Assembly: GCA_041742695.1 (NCBI GenBank)
Contig: JBGTOF010000299.1
Coordinates: forward strand, 2,873 to 66,872
Length of the DNA: 64,000 nt
Reading direction: 5' to 3'
DNA from: Elainellales cyanobacterium
Lineage (GTDB): Bacteria; Cyanobacteriota; Cyanobacteriia; Elainellales; Elainellaceae
The position numbers and the translations under genes are program-made. Positions 31,861 through 43,781 of the stretch are shown one piece after another. How positions within the stretch are numbered: the first letter of the stretch is position 1; each line of letters begins with the position of its first letter. The notes under the pieces are model-generated. The model searched no databases, had not been told where the DNA came from, and saw only the letters and a list, made by a program, of their open reading frames with translations.

Positions 31861-32622
31861 TTAAGACGATTTAGAAAGGGTGCCAAATCGGCGATCGCGT
31901 TGCTGAAACGCACAGAGAGCTTGGTGAAATTCAGTACGGTCAAAGTCTGGCCAGAGGGTATCAGTTACATAAAATTCGGAATAGGCTAGCTGCCACAGCA
32001 AAAAGTTGCTGACGCGCATCTCGCCACTGGTGCGGATCAACAGATCGGGGTCGGTGTTGCCCGCTGTATAAAGATGTTTTTCAAACAAGACTTCGTCAAT
32101 GGCGTCGGGCTGCAGAGTGCCTTGCTGCACTTGATGAGCGATCGCCCGGCAGGCATTAATAATTTCTTGTCGCCCGCCATAATTGGTTGCCACCGTAAAC
32201 ACAATGCCCTGGTTGTGGCGCGTTGCCTCCATAGAGCGGTCGATTTCTAGGCGGAGCGATGCTGGCAGCGCTGCCAAATTGCCCGCAAACCGAATCTGCA
32301 CTTCTTCGGCCTGCATTTCGCGCAGTTCCTTCCGTAGCACCCGCTCAAACAGCGTCATTAAAAAGTCCACTTCTTCTAGTGGACGTCCCCAGTTTTCGGT
32401 TGAGAAAGCATAGGCCGTGAGTGCCTTAATCCCCCAATCTTTGCAGCATCGCAGCAGATCTTTCAGGGTATCGACCCCACGTCGGTGGCCCATAATGCGG
32501 GGCATGCCACGACGCTGCGCCCATCGACCATTGCCATCCATAATCACCGCCACATGCTGGGGCAACCGTGCAGGCTCTAAGTCAGAGGGCAAATCTTTAA
32601 GAGCGCTTTGCTTTGCTGTCAT
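31861..32622 (-). CDS. uppS: Isoprenyl transferase (undecaprenyl diphosphate synthase)
   Basis: [39 protein letters not shown] motifs. Confidence 0.97.
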   Translation of the reverse strand: MTAKQSALKDLPSDLEPARLPQHVAVIMDGNGRWAQRRGMPRIMGHRRGVDTLKDLLRCCKDWGIKALTAYAFSTENWGRPLEEVDFLMTLFERVLRKELREMQAEEVQIRFAGNLAALPASLRLEIDRSMEATRHNQGIVFTVATNYGGRQEIINACRAIAHQVQQGTLQPDAIDEVLFEKHLYTAGNTDPDLLIRTSGEMRVSNFLLWQLAYSEFYVTDTLWPDFDRTEFHQALCAFQQRDRRFGTLSKSS

Positions 32623-33538
32623 TGTGTCTCCGGGAGGCCGACGATGAAACGCGAGATTTCCTAGGCAGAACCGACTTCACTTTATCGCGAAGTTGACGCC
32701 CCAGCGTTCGCAACTGCGGAGCGACAGGTTCGCGATCGCTCGACTGCGAAAAACGCTCCGTGAGCAGTTCTCTAAGTTTGCTGCTGGTCAGGGGTCGGTT
32801 TAGGATACCCCGTTCCGCTAAAGAAATTGACCCTGTTTCTTCAGAAACCACCACACACAGGCAGTTTTCGACCCGCTCGGTAATGCCCATTGCGGCGCGA
32901 TGGCGGGTACCCAACTGGCGGGAGGCACTGCGCTCTGACAGCGGCAAAATTACCCCTGCTGCAATGATGCGTGAACCCCGAATCAGCACTGCGCCATCAT
33001 GCAACAGGGTCGCGGTTTGAAAGATGGTTTGTAGCATCTCTTTCGAGACTTCAGCGTTGATTCGAACGCCGGGGACAGAAAAGTCGCGTTCGTCTATGGG
33101 CCGACTGGTTTCGAGCACAATCAGCGCACCTGTGCGATTTTGTGATAGCTCCTTTACTGCATCTACAATTTCGTCGATGACGCTGTCAGGTTTGGGGATA
33201 GCTTCCTCAGTAGAGCGCAGCAGTTGCCAAATCTCTCCTCGCCCTAACTGCTCTAACAAGCGACGAAACTCGCTTTGCAGCATAAATGCCATGGCGACTG
33301 CCGAGCCAATGACCAGTTTTTCTAGCACAAAGCTGAGCAATTGCAGCCCAATTGCATTGCTGAGGGCAGAGGCTAGCATTAGCAAAATTAGCCCTCGAAC
33401 CATCCATAGGGTTCGGCGCTCGCCGATGATGATCAGCACCATGTAGGTCAATATCAAGACCAAGAGCAGATCTACAAACGGCAGCAGGGACTGCGTCCAG
33501 CCCAAATTTGCCAACCATTGCCTCAGCGGAAAACCCAT
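32597..33538 (-). CDS. cdaA: Diadenylate cyclase CdaA
   Basis: Three N-terminal TMs; LHDGA and GTRHRAA DAC motifs. Confidence 0.95.
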   Translation of the reverse strand: MGFPLRQWLANLGWTQSLLPFVDLLLVLILTYMVLIIIGERRTLWMVRGLILLMLASALSNAIGLQLLSFVLEKLVIGSAVAMAFMLQSEFRRLLEQLGRGEIWQLLRSTEEAIPKPDSVIDEIVDAVKELSQNRTGALIVLETSRPIDERDFSVPGVRINAEVSKEMLQTIFQTATLLHDGAVLIRGSRIIAAGVILPLSERSASRQLGTRHRAAMGITERVENCLCVVVSEETGSISLAERGILNRPLTSSKLRELLTERFSQSSDREPVAPQLRTLGRQLRDKVKSVLPRKSRVSSSASRRHNDSKAKRS

Positions 33539-33879
33539 TAGATTTGGTTTGGATTTGGTCTAATGCTCCATCAACCCGCAAGGGTTATTCAGAGTGCGAT
33601 CGCTCATTTCTTCTACGAATCGGCGTCAATGAATACGTTCGGAAGGATCTGGTTGATAGACAGTTTCACGTGCGATCGCTTAGCCATCCAATGCCTCCCA
33701 TAAAACCTGTAGACTGAACCAGACTGAACGTATTGCTAGAAGCTGCGATTATAAATGCTGCCCGCTAATCCGAATCAAAATTCTAGCGAAACTCCATAGG
33801 GCACACGTTGCAGCACGATAGAGAGCCCGATAGGTGAATGAATTGTCTCCATTCTGACTCCATGCTACCTAGCTCTGGC

Positions 33880-35310
33880 TTACTTAGACGGGGGATGGGT
33901 GAGCCGATTCGGGAGGCAGTCATGGGCTAGCAAGTCGGCATAGGTTTCTCGTCGCAATATCAGACTGGCGTCACCGTCACCAACTAACACCGATGCTGGG
34001 CGCGGCAGGCGATTGTAGTTAGATGCCATGCTGTAATTGTAGGCCCCTGTGCCCATCACGACGAGAATATCGCCGGGATGGGTGGGAGGCAGGGTGGCAT
34101 CTTTGATCAGCACATCGCCGGACTCACAATGTTTGCCTGCTACTGTTACGGCCTCGGTCATGGGCGCAGACATGTGGTTAGCAACGACAGCACGGTAGAG
34201 CGATTGATAGGTAATGGGGCGGGGGTTGTCAGACATGCCGCCATCCACAGTGACATAGGTGCGAATGCCAGGAACGGTTTTCTGGCTACCTAGAGTATAG
34301 GCGGTGACGCAAGCAGAGCCGATGAGCGATCGCCCAGGTTCGGCAATCAGCTTAGGAAGGGGAATCTGGCGATCGCGACAAGCGTCCACTACCGCGTTGC
34401 AAATCACCTGCGTCCATTCGTTGATGCTCGGTGGGTCATCGGACTCAGTGTAGCGAATGCCCAGCCCGCCGCCGATGTCTAACTCCTCTAGCATCAGCCC
34501 ATAGTCTGCTGCCTTGACCAACCATTGCACTAACACCCCGGCTAAATCCTGGTGGGGCTGTAGCTCAAAAATTTGAGAGCCGATGTGGGCGTGCAGCCCG
34601 ACGCAGTGCAGCACCGTAGAATGTTGTTGCACAAACGCAAACACAGATTCAATTTGGTCAGGGTCAAAGCCAAATTTGCTGTCTAAATGCCCCGTGCGAA
34701 TGTAGTCATGGGTGTGGCACTCAATGCCCGGGGTGAGCCGCAGCATAACGCGTATCGGTGCTTGGGGCGGTTCGTTAACTGTCGATGTTGCCTTGGCAAG
34801 CTCTACCAGAGTTTCGAGCTCTAGCCAGTTGTCGACCACAATGGTGATGCGAGTGGCGATCGCCTGCTGCAGTTCATCTACTGATTTATTGTTGCCATGG
34901 AAGTAGATCACGCTCGGGTCAACACCCGCTGTTAGCGCCGTGTGCAGCTCCCCCCCTGACACCACATCCAGCCCTAAACCTTCACTCGCGGCGATCGCAC
35001 ACACCGCTAGGCAGTTCCATGCCTTCGATGCATAGATAACCAGCGACTCTCCAGGATAATGCTGCTGAAACGCCTGCCGATAGTGCCGACAGGCCGCCCG
35101 CAAGGTGGTTTCGTCTAAGACATACAGCGGCGACCCAAACTGCTGCACCAGCGTCACCACATCGCACCCGCCAATCTCTAGATGATCCTCACGGTTCACC
35201 CGCGCCGTCAGCGGCATCAAAAACTGGTTAGGCGATGCTTGGTCTGAAACCGATTCGGGCACATACTGACGACCGGAGTTATGAGTCGCGGCAGGAGGCG
35301 TTGAAACCAT
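33880..35310 (-). CDS. lysA: Diaminopimelate decarboxylase
   Basis: YASKA, HIGSQ, EPGRS, CESGD and TGAY motifs; likely ATG at 35310. Confidence 0.96.
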   Translation of the reverse strand: MVSTPPAATHNSGRQYVPESVSDQASPNQFLMPLTARVNREDHLEIGGCDVVTLVQQFGSPLYVLDETTLRAACRHYRQAFQQHYPGESLVIYASKAWNCLAVCAIAASEGLGLDVVSGGELHTALTAGVDPSVIYFHGNNKSVDELQQAIATRITIVVDNWLELETLVELAKATSTVNEPPQAPIRVMLRLTPGIECHTHDYIRTGHLDSKFGFDPDQIESVFAFVQQHSTVLHCVGLHAHIGSQIFELQPHQDLAGVLVQWLVKAADYGLMLEELDIGGGLGIRYTESDDPPSINEWTQVICNAVVDACRDRQIPLPKLIAEPGRSLIGSACVTAYTLGSQKTVPGIRTYVTVDGGMSDNPRPITYQSLYRAVVANHMSAPMTEAVTVAGKHCESGDVLIKDATLPPTHPGDILVVMGTGAYNYSMASNYNRLPRPASVLVGDGDASLILRRETYADLLAHDCLPNRLTHPPSK

Positions 35311-35536
35311 GGGGCGATAGTCCTTTGAACAGTTCTGAAATGACGGGTGAGCAGTCTTAAATCGGCTGAGTAACAGAGTGTAATTCTTAATCCAGTGTAC
35401 AATCCAGGGCTGTGCTTCTTCTATGCACAATTTAGATTCTGGCGATTGACTCACCTACTGCTACTGAGCGCTACCGAGTCGTTGACCATCGCCTTGCTCT
35501 AGTGTTTTTCTCGCTATTTGGACTAAAGCTCCTACC

Positions 35537-36256
35537 GTGGCAGACCTAATTCTGACACCCCTCACCTCTGCGCTGGTCGCCGCTGCGGTTGACCTCGATC
35601 AGCGCTGTCTGGGTGGAATGTGGACTGCATCGGGCTATTTGCGAGAGGTGAACAGCCCAAATGGAATCCTGTTGGCGCTGCAGCGCGATAGCAATTGGTA
35701 TGCTCTGGCTTCTGAGGTCGATCAATCCCACGAGTTTAAGACTGATATCAGTGCTCAATCCGCTCCATCCTCGGATAGACCGTTGGTGCACTCGGCATCG
35801 CTGCATTCCTTCCAATCTTCCCCTGCGCCTTCCCCAGATTCTCCGCTGTTGGCGCTAGGCTGCCTGTGGACAGTTCTAGAAGAAGCGCATATCACGATTC
35901 TGATGGTTGATCCCGACTATCGACGGCAGGGGCTAGGGCAGGCGCTGCTGTGGGCGCTACTCTGGGCTAGCTGGCGGCGGTCGATGGCGTGGATCACGCT
36001 AGAGGTGCGCCCGTCGAATGCAGGGGCGATCGCACTCTATACACAGTTTGGATTTGAAAGTATTGGCCACCGCCGCCGCTACTATCACCATCCCGAAGAA
36101 GACGCTCTAATTCTCTGGCGTCGGGGTCTCCAGACCTCCGAGTTTGAACATAGTTTGGTGCAGTGGCAGCAGCAGGTGGGCGATCGCTTAGCGCGTGCGG
36201 GCTGGCAACTCCACCAATCGGCCGAAATCGAAAAAGAATTGGAACAATCCTCTTGA
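35537..36256 (+). CDS. rimI: Ribosomal protein S18 alanine N-acetyltransferase (GNAT)
   Basis: EAHIT, RRQGLG, LEVRPSN...A..LY..FGF...RRRYY....EDALI. Confidence 0.88.
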   Translation: MADLILTPLTSALVAAAVDLDQRCLGGMWTASGYLREVNSPNGILLALQRDSNWYALASEVDQSHEFKTDISAQSAPSSDRPLVHSASLHSFQSSPAPSPDSPLLALGCLWTVLEEAHITILMVDPDYRRQGLGQALLWALLWASWRRSMAWITLEVRPSNAGAIALYTQFGFESIGHRRRYYHHPEEDALILWRRGLQTSEFEHSLVQWQQQVGDRLARAGWQLHQSAEIEKELEQSS

Positions 36257-36517
36257 CAAGCGTTCGCCTTCTCAGCACTATTTCATACGGAGCGGTCGAT
36301 TGTTCCTAATGGCAGGGTAATTATTAGGTAAACCCCGCATTAAGACTTGGCCTAGGAATTTGCTTGCATTTTAGCCTGGAGCGCCTCCATTCAGGGCTCT
36401 GCCATGCCCCATCAACGTAGGATTAGGGTCTGCCGTCATTGCGATGCGACAGACAGATTCACCGTAGCCCTATGCTAGAATCAGCGTACCGGCACGCAGC
36501 AGGTGATAAAGACTGTC

Positions 36518-38992
36518 ATGTTTGAACGCTTCACAGAGAAAGCCATTAAGGTAATCATGCTTGCCCAAGAGGAAGCACGACGCCTAGGCCACAACTTTGT
36601 TGGGACAGAGCAGATCCTCTTGGGTCTGATTGGAGAAGGGACCGGCGTCGCCGCCAAGGTGCTCAAATCCATGGGAGTCAATCTTAAAGACGCCCGGATT
36701 GAGGTCGAGAAAATTATTGGGCGAGGCTCCGGATTCGTTGCGGTTGAAATTCCGTTCACGCCTCGTGCTAAGCGCGTTTTGGAGCTGTCGCTCGAAGAGG
36801 CCCGCCAACTCGGGCACAACTACATTGGGACTGAGCACTTGCTTTTGGGGTTAATCCGCGAAGGCGAAGGGGTCGCTGCCCGCGTTCTGGAAAATCTGGG
36901 GGTTGACCTGACCAAGGTTCGCACTCAGGTAATTCGGATGCTGGGTGAAACCGCTGAGGTGTCTACGGGCGGTAGCCAAGGTCGTACCAAAACGCCCACG
37001 CTGGATGAGTTTGGTTCAAACCTGACCCAGATGGCTGGGGAGGGCAAGCTCGACCCTGTAGTGGGCCGTCAGAAAGAAATCGAGCGTGTTATTCAGATTC
37101 TCGGTCGACGCACCAAAAATAATCCGGTGCTGATTGGGGAACCTGGAGTGGGCAAAACGGCGATCGCCGAGGGCTTGGCCCAGCGTATCGCAAACAACGA
37201 TGTGCCCGACATCCTCGAAGAAAAGCGAGTGGTAACTCTCGATATTGGATTGCTGGTTGCAGGCACCAAATATCGAGGGGAATTTGAAGAGCGCCTCAAA
37301 AAGATCATGGACGAAATCCGCCAAGCGGGGAACGTCATCTTGGTCATTGATGAGGTGCATACGCTAATTGGGGCAGGTGCGGCTGAAGGGGCGATTGACG
37401 CCGCTAACATCCTTAAGCCAGCGTTGGCTCGGGGCGAACTTCAGTGCATTGGAGCTACAACGCTGGATGAGTATCGCAAGCATATTGAGCGGGATGCGGC
37501 CCTAGAGCGCCGTTTCCAGCCGGTGATGGTGGGCGAGCCGTCGGTTGATGAAACCATTGAGATTTTGCGAGGGTTGCGCGATCGCTACGAGCAACACCAC
37601 AAGCTCAAGATTTCGGATGAAGCGTTAGAGGCTGCTGCTAAGCTGTCAGATCGCTACATTAGCGATCGCTTCTTGCCAGACAAGGCGATTGACTTAGTCG
37701 ATGAGGCTGGGTCGCGTGTGCGTCTGATCAACTCCCAACTGCCACCAGCGGCCAAGGAGCTAGACAAGGAGTTGCGGCAGGTTCTCAAAGACAAAGACGA
37801 TTCGGTGCGTTCCCAAGACTTTGACCGGGCTGGGGAACTGCGCGATCGGGAAATGGAGATTAAAGCCGAAATTCGGGCGATCGCCCAAACTAAAAAGGCT
37901 GAGTCTGCTGACGGTGAAGACGCCTCCCCGGTGGTGACAGAAGAAGACATCGCTCAAATTGTGGCGTCTTGGACTGGAGTTCCGGTGAACAAGCTGACCG
38001 AAAGCGAATCGGAAAAGCTCCTCAACATGGAAGATACCCTGCACGGTCGCATTATTGGCCAAGATGAAGCAGTGAAAGCTGTTTCGCGTGCCATTCGTCG
38101 CGCTCGAGTAGGATTGAAAAACCCCAACCGACCTATTGCTAGCTTCATCTTCTCCGGTCCTACTGGGGTTGGTAAAACTGAGCTAACCAAGGCTCTTGCG
38201 GCTTATTTCTTCGGCTCTGAAGATGCGATGATTCGTCTCGACATGTCAGAGTATATGGAGCGCCATACGGTGTCCAAGCTGATTGGCTCACCTCCTGGTT
38301 ATGTAGGTTACAACGAAGGGGGCCAGCTCACTGAAGCAGTGCGGCGACGTCCTTACACGGTAGTGCTGTTCGATGAAATCGAGAAGGCACACCCTGATGT
38401 GTTCAATATGCTGTTGCAAATCTTGGAAGACGGTCGCCTGACTGACGCCAAGGGTCGCACAGTTGACTTCAAGAACACGCTCTTGATTATGACGTCGAAC
38501 ATTGGTTCGAAGGTAATTGAGAAGGGGGGTGGTGGTCTGGGCTTCGACTTCTCCAGCGATGCGCCGGATGAGTCGCAGTACAACCGCATTCGCTCCTTGG
38601 TCAACGAAGAGTTGAAGCAGTACTTCCGTCCTGAGTTCCTCAACCGGGTAGATGAAATTATCGTCTTCCGTCAGCTCACACGGGATGAGGTAAAACATAT
38701 TGCCGACATTCTGCTGAAGGAAGTAACTGGACGACTAACTGAACAGGGCATCGTCTTGGAAGTGACTGAAAAGTTCAAGGATCGCTTGGTAGAAGAGGGG
38801 TATAACCCCAGCTATGGAGCGCGTCCACTCCGCCGAGCCATTATGCGCCTGTTGGAAGATTCCCTAGCAGAGGAAATCCTCTCTGGGCGAATTCAAAACG
38901 GTGATGTGGCAATCGTAGATGTCGGAGAAGATGGTCAGGTCAAGGTACTACCTGGAGAAAAGCGTGAGCTATTGACCCAGGCTGCAGAATAG
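36518..38992 (+). CDS. clpC: ATP-dependent Clp protease ATP-binding subunit ClpC
   Basis: [22 protein letters not shown]; two AAA+ modules ([16 protein letters not shown]). Confidence 0.98.
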   Translation: MFERFTEKAIKVIMLAQEEARRLGHNFVGTEQILLGLIGEGTGVAAKVLKSMGVNLKDARIEVEKIIGRGSGFVAVEIPFTPRAKRVLELSLEEARQLGHNYIGTEHLLLGLIREGEGVAARVLENLGVDLTKVRTQVIRMLGETAEVSTGGSQGRTKTPTLDEFGSNLTQMAGEGKLDPVVGRQKEIERVIQILGRRTKNNPVLIGEPGVGKTAIAEGLAQRIANNDVPDILEEKRVVTLDIGLLVAGTKYRGEFEERLKKIMDEIRQAGNVILVIDEVHTLIGAGAAEGAIDAANILKPALARGELQCIGATTLDEYRKHIERDAALERRFQPVMVGEPSVDETIEILRGLRDRYEQHHKLKISDEALEAAAKLSDRYISDRFLPDKAIDLVDEAGSRVRLINSQLPPAAKELDKELRQVLKDKDDSVRSQDFDRAGELRDREMEIKAEIRAIAQTKKAESADGEDASPVVTEEDIAQIVASWTGVPVNKLTESESEKLLNMEDTLHGRIIGQDEAVKAVSRAIRRARVGLKNPNRPIASFIFSGPTGVGKTELTKALAAYFFGSEDAMIRLDMSEYMERHTVSKLIGSPPGYVGYNEGGQLTEAVRRRPYTVVLFDEIEKAHPDVFNMLLQILEDGRLTDAKGRTVDFKNTLLIMTSNIGSKVIEKGGGGLGFDFSSDAPDESQYNRIRSLVNEELKQYFRPEFLNRVDEIIVFRQLTRDEVKHIADILLKEVTGRLTEQGIVLEVTEKFKDRLVEEGYNPSYGARPLRRAIMRLLEDSLAEEILSGRIQNGDVAIVDVGEDGQVKVLPGEKRELLTQAAE

Positions 38993-39014
38993 GCCTTCGC
39001 CTATCCAGCGATTT

Positions 39015-39054
39015 AGTAAAAAGGCCGGGAGCAAACGCTCCCGGCCTTTTTACT
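39015..39054 (+). terminator. Intrinsic terminator after clpC
   Basis: AGTAAAAAGGCCGGGAGC-AAAC-GCTCCCGGCCTTTTTACT perfect stem. Confidence 0.85.
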
Positions 39055-39312
39055 GGATAGATAAATGAGTGGTGAGTTAGACCTGTGGTTGACTATCCCA
39101 AATTGCCTACGCTACTTGGCTCTGACAGGAATAACCACAGGTCTACAACACGACCGATAAATGGCTGAGTTAGCGATCTGGGCTTTCTAGTAAGACTACT
39201 GAAACCTTGACGCCTTGGTGCATTCTTATTCAACAGGGGAACACTAAGCCCGATGGAAACAGCAAAACCCGACTGTTTTTCCCACACTTGCCGTGGAGCG
39301 TTTGCAGGCACT

Positions 39313-39852
39313 ATGAGTATTGAAAAAATCGTTGAACAAGCCCTTCAGGATGGGTATTTAACTCCCGCCATGGAGGCAGAAGTTGGTCGGATTTGTGACA
39401 CTGCTTCAGAATTGTCTATTGAAGAGTATATGGCTCTCGATCGACTAATGGGAGCGTTGCTAACGGGTGAAGTGGTTGCAGTACCCCGGAAGCAATTCAT
39501 TAACGTAATGGAAGAGCTGGTGCTGACAGAGGCGATCGCCCGAGTTGCTGAAATCGAAGCTATGAGCGACTGTACGCTTGATCTAGGCGACATTGCCGCC
39601 TATGCCTTAAATCGATTGCCTCCCCTCTATGCCACCACAGAGGAAGGAGCAGAATACCAGCGCAGCCGCGCCAAAGAAGACCTGCAAGTGATGATTTCAG
39701 CTCAGGTTAAAGATGCGATCGCCCGCAACCTAGACCAGCCTGCATTCTTCCCTGAGCGTCAAGTGCTAGGCAAGAATGCTGGAGATGAGGTATTGAGCCA
39801 AGTCGGCACGCTATTGCAGGCCTATGCCCACAAGTTTGAAGTGCGGGTGTAG
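39313..39852 (+). CDS. ComFB-family cyclic dinucleotide receptor (CdgR-like)
   Basis: NVMEELV...DIAAYALNRLPPLYAT ComFB signature. Confidence 0.85.
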   Translation: MSIEKIVEQALQDGYLTPAMEAEVGRICDTASELSIEEYMALDRLMGALLTGEVVAVPRKQFINVMEELVLTEAIARVAEIEAMSDCTLDLGDIAAYALNRLPPLYATTEEGAEYQRSRAKEDLQVMISAQVKDAIARNLDQPAFFPERQVLGKNAGDEVLSQVGTLLQAYAHKFEVRV

Positions 39853-39962
39853 CGTAATATACGCTTGGAGCACTGTTTGAGGGACTACGTGTCGCAAGAC
39901 TCTCCTTATACGAGTCCCCCAAACATCGCCCGTTCTAACCAGCGTGACTATGACCATGTAAC

Positions 39963-40020
39963 GCTTAATGCACTGGTTTGATTGTTTGTTGTGGTGAACC
40001 CTCAAACCAGTGCGTCAAGC
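39963..40020 (+). repeat. Repeat family 2 derivative (left end folded back on itself)
   Basis: GCTTAATGCACTGGTTTGA...TCAAACCAGTGCGTCAAGC. Confidence 0.65.
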
Positions 40021-40201
40021 GCCATATCTATCGAACGTATCTATTGATGTAGAAAAAGCACGGGCGATCGCCATGGATAGCCTAATTTCACTATGTCAGA
40101 CCAAACTCTAACAGTGGCGAATCTTTGCTCTACGCGGAAGCTCGTAGCACCCCTGACACAGCGGTGGAGTTGCGTGACAGGTCACCAGCTACCGAAGCTA
40201 T

Positions 40202-41926
40202 CTAGGCATCAGTGTCATCTAGCTCTACCGGAAAATCAACAGGGTTAATCCGAGGATCACCTGAAGCTGTAGCAGATTGGGGCTCGAAGGCAGGGCAGTA
40301 TCCATCGGGCGTGATTCGGAAGCCATAGAGCGAGGAGGCCTGGTTCCAGCAGCGCTGGCCTCGATTATGCACACAGTTCCCACAGCACTCGACCTCAGGC
40401 GAGAAGTACGGCTCTCGTCCCCGTTCTAACAACTCCCGCTGCGACATGCCGCGAATGACTAGTTCTTCACCCTGCCAGTGCGCCTCTACAATGCCTGTGT
40501 CAGCCAAACGCTGCCATCGAGAATCGGCGGCGATCGCCCCCGGCAGCAGCATCGTCACTCCCGCGTCAGTTTCTGCCAGTTCACCCTCGTAGCGAGCTTC
40601 AGGTGGGGCAGGCTGCACAAAGGTTTCACCGATGGGTAAATCCACCTCTACCCCCGCAGACGGTAAGTGTAGCTGGTAGCGATGTTGCAACTCCTCCAAA
40701 CTGGCCAGGTCGGTTAAGTAATTCGGAGCGCCATGTACAAATAACACATGCTGCGGGCGCAGATTATGGATAAGCTGCGTTGTTCCGGCCCCATCGCAAT
40801 GCTCCCCTAGGAGGTAAGTATCTGTCACCAGCTGCCGCGTCTTAAGAGCATGTTTCAGCGGTTTCACAGTCTCAAGAGTGTCTTGAGTCATGGCTTCTAC
40901 CGCACCAGGGCGGCCCGGTTGCTGAGGCAGCAGGCAGAGCCAAGGCAGCGTGGTGCGCTGTATGTAGCGGGTGAGATCACTGCGGTAATGAGTTAAAACA
41001 ATGCAGGGTTTTGGCCCCGCCAAGGCAATGCTCTGCAGGCCCGCATCTAAAGGCAACGGCCGCACGCGAGGTCGAATGCGCTCATCCCAAAATAGAGGCT
41101 GGTGGCGAGCAAAATTTTGCACCGAGCTGGGTAGGTGAGGCAGCAGGTCTAGATACGCATCACAACCCGTGGCGATCGCCTCATCTACCCAGATGTCAAT
41201 ATCTTGCCCTGTAAAGTGGTGGTGGCTTCGCAGCAGCATGAGCAGCTCTTGCCCTAGCCCTATCGTCGGCAAAGGGAATAGCACCGACCGCTTGTCTGCA
41301 ATCGCCCGACTGATGTGCTCTGCTAAAAGATTTTCTTGCTGGCGACGATGGGGATGCCGTGCCGTGCCATAACTTCCTTCTACAACGAGGACGTCCGGCC
41401 GTAACCCCCTTAACTCTTCAAGAGGCATGCCGTCTACCAATCGCGAGTTAGATAGAAAGAAATCCCCTGTATAAAACAGCGTGTAGTCACGCTCAGACGT
41501 TCTATAAGTAAGCAAACAGGCCGCCGCTCCGGGCAAATGACCCGAGGGAAATAGCTCCGCAATCAGCCCATCTGCAAATTCTACGGGCGATCGCCAGGGC
41601 AAAGCTTGACAAAACGACGGAACATTCTCCTGCTCCTCTAGCCAATTTAACGGCAGCAGTTGGGCGGTAGCGTCACTCGCATAAATCGGCATCTGGGGAA
41701 ATCGACGATGCAAGTCAAGCAACCCCTGCGCATGATCAGCATGCGCGTGAGTACACAATACTACATCCACTGGAGGGGATTCTCCGCAGGCCGCCAGAAT
41801 AGGACTCAGCGATGATAAACCACAATCCAGCATGACCCGATGGGGACCCATACGCACCACTAGGCACACCCCTTCATCGGCATGTCCAATGGCAATGGGC
41901 AAACAGGCTAACTCAGTCACGGTCAA
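40202..41926 (-). CDS. MBL-fold metallo-hydrolase (beta-CASP-like) with Cys-rich C-terminus
   Basis: LDCG, THAHADH, GHLPGA, YTGDF, EGSYG and FVHG motifs. Confidence 0.88.
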   Translation of the reverse strand: MTVTELACLPIAIGHADEGVCLVVRMGPHRVMLDCGLSSLSPILAACGESPPVDVVLCTHAHADHAQGLLDLHRRFPQMPIYASDATAQLLPLNWLEEQENVPSFCQALPWRSPVEFADGLIAELFPSGHLPGAAACLLTYRTSERDYTLFYTGDFFLSNSRLVDGMPLEELRGLRPDVLVVEGSYGTARHPHRRQQENLLAEHISRAIADKRSVLFPLPTIGLGQELLMLLRSHHHFTGQDIDIWVDEAIATGCDAYLDLLPHLPSSVQNFARHQPLFWDERIRPRVRPLPLDAGLQSIALAGPKPCIVLTHYRSDLTRYIQRTTLPWLCLLPQQPGRPGAVEAMTQDTLETVKPLKHALKTRQLVTDTYLLGEHCDGAGTTQLIHNLRPQHVLFVHGAPNYLTDLASLEELQHRYQLHLPSAGVEVDLPIGETFVQPAPPEARYEGELAETDAGVTMLLPGAIAADSRWQRLADTGIVEAHWQGEELVIRGMSQRELLERGREPYFSPEVECCGNCVHNRGQRCWNQASSLYGFRITPDGYCPAFEPQSATASGDPRINPVDFPVELDDTDA

Positions 41927-42084
41927 CGATGTGTGGAATAGTCGGAAGATTTGCCCTTCAGCCTTTCAAGCGAGTCTGTAAACGAAGCGGCTTCAGCGGA
42001 GCTTATGCCGTAAAAATCGTATCGATTTTTCCACAGACACTTGCGTTTACCTAGCTCTTCTCTAGCACGCAAAGAGCCACGGTG

Positions 42085-42207
42085 TTAGTGAGCTGAACCG
42101 TTGCCGTGGTAGTTGTCGCTGTCATAAAATCCGTTTCGGGTGCCGAAAAATAAGCAAGCCACGATAAATACGGGCGTAATCGCCAGCAAAATCAATTTTA
42201 CATCCAT
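42085..42207 (-). CDS. ndhP: NDH-1L complex small subunit NdhP (not in ORF track)
   Basis: MDVKLILLAITPVFIVACLFFGTRNGFYDSDNYHGNGSAH; AAGGAG RBS. Confidence 0.92.
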   Translation of the reverse strand: MDVKLILLAITPVFIVACLFFGTRNGFYDSDNYHGNGSAH

Positions 42208-42434
42208 GCTGCAACTCCTTATTTTGTTCGCTACGGTTGGTCAACAGAGGCCGAGATAAAAACGCTCTGAGCAATAGAACCCCGACTCTAACAGGGGATT
42301 CGTCCTAACCTCTCGCTCGTCGTATCCAACAGTGCTGAGACAAACCGCACTGCTCACATCATACAGATGACTTTTAAAGTTTTGGGCGAGATTGCTGCGA
42401 TTCTCTCTAATCTTTATCTTTTTGTACCAAATTC

Positions 42435-42485
42435 ATTCACAGAGGTGGGGACACAAGCATGGCCTGTATCCCCACCTCTGTGAAT
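42435..42485. terminator. Long hairpin downstream of the pmp3-like gene
   Basis: ATTCACAGAGGTGGG...CCCACCTCTGTGAAT. Confidence 0.55.
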
Positions 42486-42527
42486 ATGCTGCTCGCCACA
42501 GCACCTGTTGCATGACCCTGCATTAGG

Positions 42528-42710
42528 TTATTGGCTGTTAACAAGGCTTTCTTGTCGCTTGGCGATCGCCCACACCGCATGAATTGAACCGGGCAGCCAT
42601 GCTAACAAAGTTAGCAAAATATTAATCAGTAATGTGGTACTGACTCCATATGAGAGAAACACACCAACTGGAGGGAGCACAATTGCTAGAGCATACTTCA
42701 AAATTTTCAT
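42528..42710 (-). CDS. YqaE/Pmp3 family membrane protein
   Basis: AIVLPPVGVF...INILLTLLAWLPGSIHAVW. Confidence 0.92.
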   Translation of the reverse strand: MKILKYALAIVLPPVGVFLSYGVSTTLLINILLTLLAWLPGSIHAVWAIAKRQESLVNSQ

Positions 42711-43219
42711 AGGGCCTATCTCACGTTGCTTTATAAGACTAGCTTAAGCAAAAAACAGCAAAAGCAGAATGCCAATTTGGGCAGAGAAAACCGTACCTAT
42801 TGTTCGGATATACTGGGCGATCGCTCTGCTAGCTACTGCCTATGATGGAGGCAGAACTAAGCACACTCCTCTATCATCAATTCTATTGTCGTATATTTCA
42901 TCAAGTATCGAACACCCGAATAGTTGATGAGAGCTAATCTGGCAATACTCATGTCGGGATTTTTCATAGGCTTAACAAAGAAATGTTAAGCCCTTGATGG
43001 TGCGCTGTGGCGTTGAAGTCAGGATGGCAGCAAATCCTTGTTTTATGTTGGTATTCGTAAAAGGATGAGAGGTCATTCTCGTGTTGCAACCCGGTTCGTG
43101 ATTGTTGAGTAGCTTGGCAATTGGGCCTTTCAGCCTGCAGGTGCAGTCACTTGCACATAGCTGCCGAGCAAGCTCTGACTTAGATTTAGCATGTTGTTTT
43201 GGAAGAATGGAGAGTAAGT

Positions 43220-43660
43220 ATGATCGCCAAATTAGGCTATTTTTTGAATCCGCTTGTTACAGCGCTGTCGCTGTTAATTGTGGATTTGGTAATTCCGGGA
43301 GTTAACATTGCAAACTTCCCTGCCGCCCTGATTGCTGCTCTGGCAATTGGGTTAGTCAATACATTTATCAAACCCGTGTTAGCGCTTCTATCGCTTCCCA
43401 TTACGTTTGTAACGCTGGGCTTCTTTTCACTCGTGGTGAATGGCATTTGTTTTTGGTTAGCCGCGCTGTTCGTACCTGGCTTTACTGTCAGTGGCTTTCT
43501 GGCGTTCTTCTTGGGGCCAGTGGTGTTATCGGTTGCAACCACACTGATTAACAACTACTTTACTGCGAAGATGGGTGACAATCAGTTAGATGCGAGTACC
43601 ACAACCCCAATGAATACCCCTGTCAATACTCCTGTAGATAGAACGGTAGATCAAGCATAG
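43220..43660 (+). CDS. Four-TM phage-holin-like (YvlD/holin superfamily IV) membrane protein
   Basis: GLVNTFIKPVL..LSLPITFVTLGFFSLVVNG. Confidence 0.85.
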   Translation: MIAKLGYFLNPLVTALSLLIVDLVIPGVNIANFPAALIAALAIGLVNTFIKPVLALLSLPITFVTLGFFSLVVNGICFWLAALFVPGFTVSGFLAFFLGPVVLSVATTLINNYFTAKMGDNQLDASTTTPMNTPVNTPVDRTVDQA

Positions 43661-43738
43661 ATGTTTTCGCTAACGGTTAGCATGAATGCTTAAACTTGTT
43701 GGTGTATTGCACTACGTCTAGATAATGTAAGTTTGAAT

Positions 43739-43781
43739 GCCCGAGGTTGCGTGCGCATGACGCTCACACCCTCGGGCTTTT
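43739..43781 (+). terminator. Intrinsic terminator
   Basis: GCCCGAGG...CCTCGGGC followed by TTTT. Confidence 0.55.

Noticed and set aside
43220-43660. Holin-like gene as a sign of a prophage
   Set aside because: No phage genes nearby; this 4-TM family is common in bacterial chromosomes
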